In this document: positions 24,562-38,600 of the stretch, one piece after another
Numbering within the stretch: position 1 is the stretch's first letter
Layout of the letters: each line of letters opens with the position of its first letter
Assembly (NCBI GenBank): GCA_002633005.1
Contig: NMRA01000104.1
Span: 62,001 to 126,000 of the forward strand
Source: Phoronis australis
Taxonomy: Eukaryota; Animalia; Phoronida
DNA length: 64,000 nt
Direction of reading: 5' to 3'
The notes under the pieces: model-generated
The model's input: the letters and a program-made list of their open reading frames with translations, nothing else
Database searches by the model: none
Told to the model about the DNA's origin: nothing
Made by a program: the position numbers and the translations under genes

Positions 24562-27500
24562 AACATCTTCAGTATATTCCTATTGATGGTGACAAAGGGA
24601 GAGATGTATTAAACAATGTTAGCCAAGCTTACCTCAAGCCTGATGCTACAGTGTCAGTTACACCCTACCAGGTGGCGTTGATAGACAACCCAGAATTGCA
24701 AGAAGAATACGAAGACATTGCGAAGAGTTGGAAGCAAAAGGTGACTGATAAACTGGTTTGATTAGAGGGTGTATAGTTAGAAACACCTGGCAAACTGATG
24801 TGTATGTACTGACATCAGCCTCCAAATTGTAGCATAGGTGGTTCTCTGGAAGAAAAGGGAGTTTGTGACGATCCTGAGATATGTTGGTAATGGCATAATT
24901 ATCACCTTTGACAATGGATAGTTCCGAAATACATACATGTATATATATATATATATATAAATAGGGAGAGAGAGGGCTTTGATGTTCTGCTGTAAGTAGC
25001 AGTGACACCGTGTGGCTCACGTGGCACCATATTGTTATATGAAAGCTGCAAACCAATATGGCTGTAGGCAGATAAGGGACCTTGGTATATTAAAGGCAAA
25101 CTACTGGCACACTGTGCATTATTAGCAGGATTCTTAACAAATTATGGAGTTAAGAGAGTTTTCATTTTAATTTGAAAATATAGAGAAAGTTTGTTAAAAT
25201 ACAAATATTTTGGGACCTATTTTATCAAAACTTGATCTCACGAACATTGGTTTCATTGAAAGTAGTTCAGACAATATATTACGATGCAGCAGGGGCAATG
25301 TGCAGGGCATACCAATGTCATGCAGAGATTGAGCGAAAACTAGTGACTGTCGTTGGTAACAACATGTAGTAGACTTGAGGTTTAGATGAATATGCACTGG
25401 AATTAGCCTTGGACTCTTACCGAATATATATGTATATACTAGCACAAAGTGAAGTAGAATTCTTCTTCGTTTCAAAAACATTTCTCAATTTATTTCTTAT
25501 GGTAACTAGTGTGAATTAATTAAACATGGTGTGATTGGCAACACCTACCAATTAACACTAAATCACCACTGAACACTAAAACAAACTTTCAAATGCAGTC
25601 AAATTTCATGGAAGTAGTTTTTTCTCTGTAATTTGTGCTACAGAATAGCTTATCGGAGAACCTAATCTTGTCCTTGAATGTAAGAGTACAATGCTAACAA
25701 CAAATGTGCCTGCAGGGTTCGTTCATGTTGCTCAGACACCAGCGTGACTGATGTTTGGTGCATCAATGGACTTGTATAATTTACGGCTGGGCTAGATTCT
25801 TGGACTTGCATGGATACACTGCTGCTTGCAACAGTCATTTGCTTCCCCAAGAATGATTGTGATAATGAGGCGCTATATAGCATCAGTTTCAGTGAAGTAT
25901 TAGCAAAAACACATGCAGAGAATCTTTTACTGAAGTAATTGCTTATAAATGAGATTTTCGGCCTTATTTGGTTTGTGCTAGTGGGACTTGAGAACAGTAA
26001 TTCGTATTAACAGACCATACTCCTATTGTTTATTCTACTAAATTAAATATTCAAGATGGTGGACAAAACCGTGGACCCGTTCGTGAATGAAGGACTTTTA
26101 ATCTGTATTGTATAGGGCTATTCTGGTGCAGAACTGAAGGAAAGGCAGTGCTTTTCCTTGGTATCACCTACTGAAGTTGAGTCCATCTCAAAGAAAGGAT
26201 GGTGTACCCACTCAGACAGACATAAGAAGCTGAAAAGGCCAACGTTTGGTGTAGCTGTCCATAGATATGCTGACGTAGCCTTAAGTATGGACAGGACTAC
26301 TGACTGCACTGACTTATGTTTAATGGTTTTTAAGGTATGTTATTTTTTAAACATATGTAGCAACTCATTTGTATTGGTTTCCTTATTTATGTTGATCGTT
26401 CGTGGACAAGAACTCACAGTGTGCAGGTTGTTGTTGACCGTAGTACACCCGGTGCGCACGTTTTGAAGTATAACGGTTTTAATCGTATCTTGTCTGTTTT
26501 AGTGCTTTTTATGCACCCACACACACACACAGATGCACATTGTGCCATCATCCTTGTTTGTTGTCCGCCTGGTGTCCTCTGTTGGTTTCTCCAAAACCTC
26601 TGGGTGCATGTTCATGAAATTTTGCACATATGTTACTTTCATGCATTTTTAGATGAATCCAATCACTGGTGTTTTACCCTACATAGTGGCAATTTTATAA
26701 TTTACGTTTGTCTCTATCTTTTGGCGTTCCTGAATGGATTTTTGTGTTTTGGGAAATAGATACCTACTAGGGAAGCGATGTTGTGATCATGTTTCCGGAT
26801 GGATTTATTTATTTCATGCCACCTAGTGGTCATTTTTCTTGTTTTTGAGTCTGAAATTTGACAATTTTATTTTTCTTTACGTTTGTCTAAGTGTGTGTTC
26901 ATGAAATTTGGCAAATAATAAGTACCTTTAATTGTAGACAACAGCACAAGCCCCGTTTCAGAGGAGTTGGGCCTGCATTGCACCTCCTAGTGGCCTTTTC
27001 ATTGTTTTTGTCTAATTTCTTTACGGCCCTGTACCTAACCTTCGAAATGTCGTGAAGAAATATGATGTAAGGTGGCAGGTGTGTCCCTATTGAGGAGAGC
27101 ACTGCCGACTTAGTTGCTTTGCACATTCCAAGTTTACCTTAGTGAGAATGTTCTAATTAATGATCGTCGCTTGTGTCTGCTTTGTATGCAATGCACATGA
27201 TGGGTGTATATCAAAGCTTTGCGTTGCTCTTGTCAATTAGTTATGAATGTAATGAAAACAAAGTACTCCTTGGTTTTACTTGAATATTTCACACATAGGC
27301 ACGTATGCCTTAATCTAGATAAGCACAGCTTCACATGGGATTACATGGACTTGGATATGCACATATCTGGTAATGATGATACTTTCTCAGTCTGAATAGT
27401 TGGGACATGTCAACCTTTCCCTTCATTCAGTGGTCACAGTGAAACTTGTGCTAACATAGCTACTATTTGTACCTAGGTTGTGTTTGGAAAGCGCTGTACA

Positions 27501-30500
27501 GTCTCCTCAAACCAAATATATTACCACGGTAGTCCTGTCTTGTCTCCATCCAGCAGCTTGAACAGTCAGATTTCTCAAGATGGCCAAAAGGTTTGTGACG
27601 AGTGTCCAGTGATTTTGCACTTGTTTTTTGATGTTGATTTCCTTCTAGAAAATTTGTGATTATGGTGAATATACCACATTTTTCCTATTTTGCACCCTCA
27701 TATACATATGTGGGTGCATATTGCTGACATCTCTTGTCTGGACATCCGGTGTCTGCCCAGACATCTACCAAACCCTTCAAAGTGTAATTACAAACCACCA
27801 TTTTTGAGTATGCTAGGAGACTTGGGATGGACAGTTTAGACTACACTGAAGTCGATTATGCTGCACTAATGTAATATGCTGCTGGCTTGTTATTGGCTAT
27901 CCTTTGTAACATACCTGCAGCATGAGCGACGAATTGCGGGCGCTTTGTTTTTCCATCGGGTAAACGTATTCTGTTACTTGCGCTCCACATTTCTGCTTTA
28001 TTTTAAAATATTTTTCAGTGGTGAGGCGCTGTGTTTGTGGCAGGATTTTTCGACCATACATACCATGAGGTGCATTCAGAAAGCACTAATATCTCATTTC
28101 GGAAATGCAAAATGATCTTGAAAGAGCCTTTGGGGCTTTTCCAGTCATTGGGGATCATCCTAAAGGATCAATTAGACCTCAAGTATTTGTTACAGTTGAG
28201 TTTCTCAATTTAGAACACAAGTTTGCAAACTAGTGTAATTTCATTTTATCCAAATTTTCAATGAAATAAAAGTTGAATGTTTCATTATTTGCCAATTTGT
28301 ATTTTACAACGGTTACCAAAGAACACATGATGAAATTGTGAGTGTTTTAAACAATGTAGTGAACTTTTAAAAATACGATACAGTCAGGTGACCTAATTAT
28401 CGGACGTTTTTGCACATTTTGCATTATATTTAATTGAAAATACTACGGATTGTTGTAAATTCTTTGCTGAAATAAAGGCTTACCTTTATAGAAATGTTGT
28501 GTTACTATATCTTGTCACCGAAAGCCACATTTATGTTCCCACTGATCTTTAAAAAACACAACAAGCAAACCTTCGGAGAACCTAAATATCGGACACCATG
28601 TTTCCCCATACGCCACACCGCGGAAAACTGATAAACCACGTAATGGCCGTGGGCACCTTGTAGCCAAATTTCAGCTCGAGTGTTTTGACATATATGCTGC
28701 TAGAACCCAGGTCCATTCGCAACAAAATTATCCATAAAATGAAATCTGATGACGGCGCCAAGTCATTTCGATGAATTAGTGCAGACGACTAAAGCACGTG
28801 CAAACTCACTGCAGTTTTTAGTATCACTTTGGCTTCTTGATATGACACCCGCACGTCTGCGGTCGGGGTTTGACTTGAGTTTAAAAACAAATGAAAAAAT
28901 GGAACAGTAACATATTGTCAGTTCAATGAGATGGTTTCATTGTGGAAAAAGATTTTATTTTCAACTTTTATAACCGATTTATGCGATCGTCCATTTTAGG
29001 CCGACTTGGAGGTCTAAATTGCACCCTCTCTCGGTAAAATTAAAACGAGGCAACGCTCTAAAAAACGAGACGGTGCCGGACATTGAATGCATTACAACGG
29101 AACAAAAATTGGTGTCGTTTAATTCTCAGATTATGATTCAAGTAAGATTCTATGAAATGTCCGATACTTAGGTTCCATCCGATAATTAGGTACATTATGT
29201 GTAATTTTGGAAATGATGTTCGTTCATTCACAAATTCCAGGAAGCTTTACTGTAGTGTTTCAATTAAAGTGGTCTACCCCTGTCAAAAATAAGTCTTAAT
29301 TTTAAATTGTTGTTTTCTTGGCTTTGAAGTAACTGCTGAGACCAGTTTGATGTTGACAGTGAGCTTTAAATTGTAAACTATATCTTTAACTGATCATTGC
29401 CATTTGTTGCCATCATCTATATTTATTAAAACTTTCGCTCAATATGGTCAATGGCATTCACTGTATACACAGCGCCATGTTGTCCCACTTCAGGTGTTTC
29501 TCTACTACCCACAATGCCACAGACTATTAGTGTCTTCACTGTACCTGTATCTCAATGTTTTCACACTACAGGTATGCTTTACTATGCTAGACGTTTACTG
29601 CCTTCATTGTATACGTAACTCAATGTTGTCTCACTGCAGGTATGCTTTACTATGCCAGACGTTTACTGCCTTCATTGTATATGTCACTCAATGTTGTCTC
29701 ACTGCAGGTATATCTGTACGACCCACAATGCCACAGACTACGCCACTGTCTTCCTTATGCAGTTGTATACTACAAGAAACGAGCGACGTCTGATCAAGAC
29801 TATCCATCAATATGTCCTGCCAGGCAAGTCCCTACTAGGTCATCTGTCAAGGTAGACATGAAAACAACTAGTGGTTTAGACTTTCCTGTAGTTACAAATG
29901 AGACATTTATTGGCTCGTCCCTGTTTCATTATGATACACATGATGTCAAAGATGGTGGCCTGGGGAATGTGAACCAGACACTGGGAAATGTGTGTACAGT
30001 CAAAGAAAATATGCTCCAGTCTAATGACCTTACGACATCAGACAAGAATAGTAAAGCAGAAGAAAACAGATATGAAGTTAGTGAGTCTCCTTCTAAATCG
30101 TGCAACACAGTTGAGTGCAAGTTCTCAGAATCGCCTGCAGCAGTGTGTGAACTATCAAATGTAAGTGTTGCTCCTTTAAGACAGTCGGTACAAACGAACC
30201 ATGTAAAGAAGGAAAGGAAGAAAAGACCATTCAAAAGTCTGTCTGATAGGTTTAATATTCTCTCTGCCACTTTAAAGACGTCTGGTGGAGAGGTTGAAGA
30301 CAAAGTTTTAACTGAGCTGTCTAAGTTGAAGACGAGTATGTCAAACAAAGTGACTCATTTGAACTTAGCTCGTGGTGATTTGTTGGGGAGTGGTATGTAC
30401 CGTGATGCTGGGTCATACGACTTAACATCACCCGAGCGTTATCGTGCAAGTAGCCATAGTGAAGACAGGATAGGACGTACTCTGATACAGACTGAGGTGA

Positions 30501-32350
30501 AGGATTCAGGCCACAAACAAGTTGTCGCTGTTTCTAAGGATGGACGGAAAGAAACTTATATAGCAAAGGCTGAAATGTCCAATGCGAAGGAAGGTCAAAT
30601 GTCCTGTAATAACGAGGGCACTCAGTACAAACGCACAGCTAATTGCTTGGTGTCTTTTGATAACAATGCATTGCCCTCTGATGGGAAAAAGCAGTGCATA
30701 AGGAGTTGTAGTGTGGACCAACAGCCTGCACAAATAGACAATCACCAAACTGTACCAAGGTGCGGTGTTGATTCGCTGACTCGGAAAACTATTACCCCAA
30801 AGGAAGCTCGATCAACAATACAAGAAAAAGATGACCTGGAAAAGGCGAAGAGAGATGGCTGGAGAGGACAACCCTATACCCGTCGTTCTGACAACATGGA
30901 CAAACCTCAGAACACCTCACCTGTAGACATAAGGGATTTTGGCTTGGCTGCCAAGTATGCAGGGAAACACGTCCGTAATGTTTCTCGGTCCCAATACAAG
31001 TACTCGCGGTACAGACCTTCCCACAGAACTCTCAAGCTTACTGGTATTGATGCTGATGCAGTTTCTTCGAAAGAAATGGACAGTTTGACAGAAATAGAAA
31101 AATCTTTGTACAGCCGTGGTTCCACCAATACCTCTCATGATGCCTACAGTTGTCAAGCAGGGCCAGTGTCCACTTCTGCCTATGGTCAACACCAGTCTGG
31201 TGGTTCTCAGCCATACTCTGTACAGATGACCATGCATTTATCAAAGAAAGCTCAGGGACACTTGGGCCATTCAAATTATGCAGGTGCTGATGTAGACTTA
31301 TCGGCTAATTGTTATTACCCTGGGGATCAGCGCAAAACGACAACAGAGTCGGGCGTGTCAGCTGAAGAATCTGCCCAAATTGATTCTGCAGTGCAACAAA
31401 GCCCAGGTCGGCGTAGTGCGAGTGTATGTATACCTTCCGTGTCTACCATGACACCTTATGAAGCGGACTCCAGCTCCAACCTTGCTGACCTGTCCAACCA
31501 AGGGTCAGCTGGCCAGCAGCTCACAAAAGCACAACCCGAGGTCATGGGGGTACCACAAGAATACCCTGATGATGTCGTCCAGCAGTGCTTTGCATTGCTT
31601 AGACAAGTTTGTAACAAGGCAGTGTCTGATGGTGACAAACTGGCGGTGCATCGTACAATGGAATTGTTAGTTCACCATCAGCTGAAACAGTTGTGTACCA
31701 ATGTGAAGGAAACCGTAAACAGAGAGGAGGGCAGCAACAAGACAAGTTGTCAAGTTGAATCCAGTGAGTGGCTGGCGTCCAAAATCTCTTGCCTAAACCC
31801 TGTCAGCAGTGGTGGTAAGGAGACCTCTTCTCCAGACAGTGAACCCTCAGCTGGGAGAACCAAGGCAGGCAAGCAGTTTACAGGTGGCGAAGACACCATT
31901 GCCAAAGAGCGTAAGAAACGAAAAACAGCTCCTGAAACAATAGGCATTTTTCATGGGAGAACCCTGTTACGAGGAGGTGTGGAGCCCAGAGCCATACCCC
32001 TGTCAGTTCTGCCGCCGGAAAAATGTCGGTTCATCCCTACTGATCCTCGTCAGGACCTTCCCAAGTATGCCAGTCACATGAAAGCGCTGAAGGAGCCACG
32101 TCTAGGCCAACTGTTAAAGCTAAATTCTCAGAACACTGAGATGGAAACTATTCACAAAAGCAAGCAGTCTCCTCAAGTCATTGATAAGCTCAATGTTTCG
32201 GCTCAAACCATGTTTATGGAGCTTGAAACATCGATAGATTTGGTGCAGACGCCAGGGAGTCCAGGTTCTGATCAAGAGGCTTTGTACAGAGATCATTTTG
32301 TGAAACACGGCACACTAGTCAAAACAGTGCTTGCAAATCAGTCTGTTTAG
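24562..32350 (+). CDS. TASOR/TEX15-like protein: DUF3715 pseudo-PARP domain plus long, mostly disordered tail; exons 24562-24740, 26116-26334, 27477-27590, 29708-32350 (about 1050 aa, start codon unresolved)
   Basis: In-phase GT-AG joins give ...DVLNNVSQAYLKP...VALIDNPELQEEY...KQK|GYSGAELKERQCFSLVSPTEVESISKKG...FGVAVHRYADV...LMVFK|VVFGK...QK|VYLYDPQCHRLRHCLPYAVVYY. This parallels human TASOR as recalled: SYLEP, ACLVHNELLEKEF, ELSESYAFLMV, TICEKG, GVYLSRYADL, VIFKIMKGK, YYFYE, RPRHVCPYAVVSF. Confidence 0.82.
28381..29201. mobile_element. Tc1/mariner-like MITE
   Basis: TA-flanked; left acctaattatcgga and right tccgataattaggt are inverted, with extra subterminal copies near 28578 and 29159. Confidence 0.6.
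29440..29740 (+). repeat. tandem 68-78 bp duplications of the terminal-exon splice acceptor
   Basis: CAG|GT motifs at 29491, 29569, 29637 and 29705, each preceded by an atgtt..cact tract. Confidence 0.85.
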
Positions 32351-34362
32351 CTGTGTTTTAAGGCACAGTTTATTTATTTTTGACTTTCAAAAGCATGATG
32401 ATCATGGTGTCATGGCCAATAGGGGGCACTATGTCCTTATGCTATTTTAGATGGATTTTATAAAGTTATAACAGACATTAGTCTTTAGCGTCGTACTATT
32501 CTAACAAAGAGTGGCTGTTAGCAAGTAGTATTTCTCCATATTTGTTGGCTCATTTCACATAACCAGAGTAGTTGTAGCCAGATAGTTTTGACAAGTATCC
32601 ATTTTGTACCCTTGTGCATCACACATGCTCCGAGCGGACCAACAGTTGATAGACCTAGTGTGGTATTTAAGTGAAATTGCAACGTTTTCAAACATCATGT
32701 CGCACATGTTGATTACCAGGATTTTCAATTATACATGCATATCTCTATGAACTTAACCACTATCTATTATGAAATGGAACCCAGGTTAATAGTCTGAATC
32801 TTTCTATCACTTTTATTTTGTCATGATGTATCTGTTCACTGTTTTAGTCTCACAATAAACATGTTAAAACAGCCCAGATGTGTAGATAGATTTTGCAAAA
32901 TGAGCAACACAGGTGAGGAAAGTGACACGAGGTCTCCATATTTGCGAGACTTAAAAACCTTATGCAAGAGCACGCCATTAGCAGCAACGGGCCATCTCCA
33001 ACTTTTTCTGTAGACAGGGTATCTTGCAAGTAGACTGCTGTGTCAAAAAGAAATGGCAACTTCTTGTTTTTATTTTTGTCAATGTCAAAACATTTCAAGA
33101 AATAAATCACACAGGGAACCCAGAACAAACACAGTAACCTGTGTGTGCTTTTTATTAACATCCCAACAGGTCAAAACAACCATGACAACAAATCACTCGT
33201 TTCAAAAGCAGCCAATCTCGTATTCGAGTCTCCTAAATTGATGCATAAGTTAGTAATATTCCAGCCACAATTTTCACCAGCATTTGTTGCTTCAGCCTGG
33301 CCACTGTGGTTACATTCAATAAAAAGGGACTGACACAACTATGATGATCCGCGTGCGTGTGTGTCGCAGATTCAACAGGAATTTCTTGGGAAGGTGGACA
33401 AATATTTGTGAATGCATAGCAGCCGACAGCTTCTCTTTCACTGCGAAAATATTTTGCTTGTAGAAGCTCTGAGTGACTCACTTTTTGTGTCATGACTAAT
33501 TCTCTCCAATGACACTATTGCACAATGTTGACACGTGACCCAAATGTTGAGGATATTGGACACATTTGAAATTAAAACATTTGGTGGCCTGCTTTGAACT
33601 AAAACTAGATTAAAACATTTTTCTGTAGATAAAGAGAAGTTCAGCATTGTGCGCGACATCCTCTGCATACTAAATATTCACAATTTTATTACAACACGGG
33701 CATAAACATTATGTTCAAAAACTAGTAATGAAAAATTGAAAACCATGCCCCCAAATTCACTTCTTGGTATTTGGACACAACCATTAGTTATAATAATCGC
33801 ATCATTTCACTTGGTGATAAGAACTGATCAAAATTGGTTATAAAAGAAAATCTACATTCACAAACTAAATTTTAATCCTCACTAAATGCCATTCTTAAAG
33901 CAACTGTACACCCAGTTGCATAAAAGTTACACACCTGACGTCATACAGCAATCTTCTGGATAAGTTGGAAGTTTTATGCAACCTAGCCCAGCTTTCCCTC
34001 ACAAAATGATGTCGACCACTTACTAATGAGATATTGGTGTTGAACTGTTCCTTAGTCTACTTGGAAATGGATTTCAGGGCTTCAATGAAATCGTTATTAC
34101 TTGACATTAGTTTCCATTAGTTGGTTTACAGCAGCATGTCATTTGATGCCCCAGTCTCGATGAACATTGAACAGTTGCATCTTTGCAAACTTGGAAATCA
34201 TTTTTCATCTGATAATGATCAGTAAGTGGTCTAACTCGAAAGTTTGCTTCTTGGACAGAGCATGTGTTTACACTTATAAGTTAAATGTAGATCAAGTCAT
34301 CAAGATGTAGATTACCTGTTGCAGGCATTCTGATCTAGTAGATTTTTCGATTGAAGGACTGA

Positions 34363-34939
34363 GGGCTGTTCCAGTAAAATCTGTATGGGAGGGGGGAAGG
34401 CACCTTTTTTTTGCACCCACCACCCATATTTTTCATTTATTTCTTCAGCCTACCACCCGTAATTTTTTATAAGTTTGAAATGCAACCACCCGTAATTTTT
34501 TTTTGTTCTTGTGGTTGACTGCACAGGCGCTTGAGTTTATCTGTTCCTCCATCACCACTAACGTCATTCATTACTAAGAAAACATATGTTTCTTATATAT
34601 GGTTATTTATATTAGCCATCGAGAAATTCGAGCACCTGTGGTTAAATGGTGTTATGGGCATGCCGATGAGGAGATCGGAGGGAGTGACAAAGTCGGAGCT
34701 CTTTGCAAGTTGCATTTTTGTTTCAGTTTTTGATTCTGTGCAGATTGTTTATAAAATTTACTAAAATTACCCATCATCAAACATTTATGGCCCAATGAAA
34801 CAACAACGACCTGTAAATTAAAATTTTTTTGAAGTACGACCACCAGCCACTTTGAATTTAAGTCAAACGCAACCACCCATAAATTTTTATTTCAGTTGCC
34901 TTCCCCTCCCCTCCCACACAGATTTTGCTGGAACAGCCC
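34363..34939. mobile_element. PIF/Harbinger-like MITE
   Basis: TIR GGGCTGTTCCAG.AAAATCTGT.TGGGAGGGG at both ends; 3-bp TSD TGA; internal accaccc repeats. Confidence 0.85.
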
Positions 34940-35658
34940 TGAGATGGAATGATAAGCCATCAGATTATATTTTGGAATTGTGTTGACGTACACTAAATAA
35001 ATGTAGGGCAGTGACCAGCGCCATGTTTCCAACATCACCTCACAAAATCTTCACAGAATTCCGTGTTTTTTTTCTCTAAAAGTTGTTGTTTTACAACATT
35101 TTAAACAAGTGCCGTAAAACAAGTCAACGTTTCACTAAAATAAATGGAGGTTTTATCTAAAATAATGTATTCCTTAAACCTGTGATCTCACAAAGATGTT
35201 GCAACCAAAGAGTTGCCACACGTGTAAGTCGAGACTTGTGGCCGAAAGTTCTTAAGTGAAACAGGCCCCAGGCCCAGAAACGATTCAGGACTAACTTGAA
35301 AGTTAAAAGATCAGTAACTAATCATTAGAATTGAGAGCTGTTTCTGAAACTCTCAATTCAAAATGTCCCAGAGAAGATTTGAATGTGTAAAAATGTTCAA
35401 CAGTAAGTGTCAAATTAATATAATATAAAACAATACAGCAGTGAGATGATGAGCTATTCAACTTATTTTAACCTAATGAAAACACGTCTTATGTCCTACT
35501 CATGTGGGTTCTCATATGTAAACAATAACGTAAAACATTGTTTTATAATTATGTTAATTTTTCTAGTGGTACATAAAGCACTAGCATCACCGTGTAGATC
35601 CACCAACTGTCTTCAACCATTACAATGATGATTCAGATTGCACTTCGGGCTGTGGTCT

Positions 35659-38600
35659 TCACTGATCGGTCTCAGTATTGGAGCTTGACAACATTTCTTC
35701 ACGCTTGGTTTTCAGCCACATTTCTATCTTAGCCTTCACATCTTTATTTGATTGTACCATGTCCATGGTGAGAGGACTTCTGTTGAATGGGTCTGTCTGA
35801 TCACTACCAAGAAATGGGCACACACCGTAACTTTGACTCATAAATACAAGATATGAGAAAACTGATCAGGACACAAGACTGACTTCGAAACAATATTAAA
35901 AGGATACCAAACCCAATTTTGGCCTATCAGTAGACACTAAAAACGATTTTCTCATCCAGTTATCTGGAACACAATAATGCTCTGTAACTTCATAAGTTTG
36001 GAGGAAAATTTGAAAACTCCTTTCAAAGTCTGATAAAGGGGTAAGTTCCATGACTTCAGCTGCTTGATGATATTAGGATTCCCTATACCACAGCCACACT
36101 ACTACAAACATTAGTAATGCTGCTACACCTGGTGTAGATGACCTTAACCACCTAAAACATACATGACTAACTCAATGAAAATGACCTAAAGATGCCAGGC
36201 TCACTCAATGAGAATGACAGATTCAAACATGGACTTCCTACCTTAGTATATGCCTGGCTATAGTGCTCCTGTCCACAGTCATTTTAGATGATGGTAGCAT
36301 TACGGGATCTTTCATCAAAGTTCCCATGATTGGGTCGAGATACTCTTCTGGGGCATCATTCATGAACTCGTCTTCCGCTTGCTGTCTGCTGGCTACAAGC
36401 TGGAAATAAATGTTGTCAGCCATTTTGATATGGAACTACAATATGGCTGTTTTCAGCTCACTAACTATAGTTAACTACAGTCAGCGGGAATAGAAATAAG
36501 ACGTGTACTGAAGCAAGCACGTGAATGTAGTCTGATCAATCAAGTCTATAGAGTGTCTATAAATTAAGAATCTGATAGTAAAGCAATGCACATTATTTAA
36601 TGAGAAGTTATAATAATTATTGTTATTGCAAACATTTAGGTGCAGTTCATTAATTATTTGGGACATTTGAAATTATTCAGTTAACTTGCAACTCTTTGGA
36701 AGATGCCATATTGCGTGTACACAAGCCCAAGTCCTTAGCATAATAGTACTATTCTTAGGTTCAAAGGTTAATAGTTCAACCTCAAGGGCTAACTGCTGGT
36801 CTTAGTGCGGATACATACACTTATCACACAATACAAAAATTACAACTTGCAATCAATCACAAACCAGACAGTGTTTAACCACAACTTCAGTGACAAACCT
36901 GGATTCTTTGAGCTAGTTCTGCAAAAGCCACTCTGACCTCTGGCGGTCTGTTAATCTTCTCCAGCACACGCTCGGCTTGTGGGAATAAGTCCTTAGAATA
37001 CGACCTGCCATCATTAATGATGGACAGCTGGAACCCTTCGCACCCACCAAGATTGAGATAGAGCTGACAGATGTCTGACACCAACAACTGTGGCTTGAAC
37101 TCGTACTCATCAAAGTTTTTCACCTTTAGGTTTCGCTTTTTCGGTCCAACCTGTAAATGACCAATATCCAGCTTTGATACTCAACAGAAGTCATGTTTGG
37201 AAGTATAATGATTGTTGTCTTGATAGAACTTTGCAATTTTCTCTTTTAAGAGGATTTACTCTTTTCTGGTTTCAATTTCTTCTTATTTGATTTCCAATTT
37301 CCTCTTTTTTCATTTCTTTTTATTGTCATTTTGACTATTTTCATGCAAAAACGTTTACTTCTGATCAGTTAAATTTTACAACACAAAAAATATTTCTATC
37401 ACGCAATCTTTTTTGTCAGTAGGCTTTTAGTCGTGCCTGTGAAAGGGACATGGGAATACATCAGGCTTGGAATGACCAATGACAAAAAAGAGGAAAATTC
37501 CAATCCCTGACCATGGTTGGCAGAACAGTTTGGCTACACCCTCGTATCTCACATCACATGCTATTGAGAAAGGACAATGCAGTTTGTGAAAAATGTGTAC
37601 ATCACATACCTGGATCCAGGGGGTCAAGGGGGTCCTTACACTCCTTTTCCCTTGATTTTATTGACATCAAATCTAGAATTTTCGAATTGTTGACTTAGAC
37701 CCCACCTTTTTAAAAAGTCTCGATTCGAGCTCAACTGTTAAAAAATCCTGGATCGCTCCTCCGTCATGACTAGTCACAATGCTACTGCAGTCATAGTGCT
37801 ACCACTGAATTAAGGGCTTTTGTTTCTTGACAAATGGGTAGGTCAAAGTTACACATATTTGGAAAGTTTTCACTCTGGGTTTCAGCCAATCAGAGGACAG
37901 GAGTATCAGAGGTCATCCAAATATTACAAGCAGTCCTCATGATCTCACCAGCTTACCCAACCCAGTGACCAGCAATACATAACATTTTATCAAAATGACC
38001 AAAATAGTCACATGACTTACCAGATGAAGCAGAAAGTAATTTAACATGGCAGCAATGCGGTCAACCATAATGGAATGTGTGAAGATAGACGTGATCTCTT
38101 GTGTAAGCAGCTCTAATGTGTGAATCGTATCTCGACTCTGGATATTGTGAAATCGGGCCAACATGGAGACCTGGCGTAAGTTGGACTCTCGCTCAGCCCT
38201 CTGGGGGGCGCTGAGCTCGCTCACCTCACCCCTGTCCTCTTCTTCCTGTTTTTCTTTAATTTGCTGCATGTACTGAAAAGAGAAAAGTGGAACTATGAAA
38301 GGCAATTGTTAAGAGTAGAGTCTTGCAAGATCATGCCAGTGTTTAACAAAATTATTCTCACATCCTTAATCACCCATAATTAAAAAAACCTGTTATGAAC
38401 AGATTTTTCAGAGCCAATTTATTCAAATTTTTAAATTCAAGACGGAAATTTTTAGGGAATACATGACTGCATTTATCTGTGGAAAACCCTCTCTGGCAAG
38501 GGATAATGGAGTCATCTGCCGCTCTTTTTTGGTTGAAATTGTATTTCACTTGACATATATTGGGAAACTGGTGGATAGGGATTCTGATGATAATATCAAT

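Noticed and set aside
29642-29707. ATG start of a standalone 902-aa ORF
   Set aside because: This part lies in the duplicated acceptor region; homology and splice phase indicate the ORF is a terminal exon starting at 29708.
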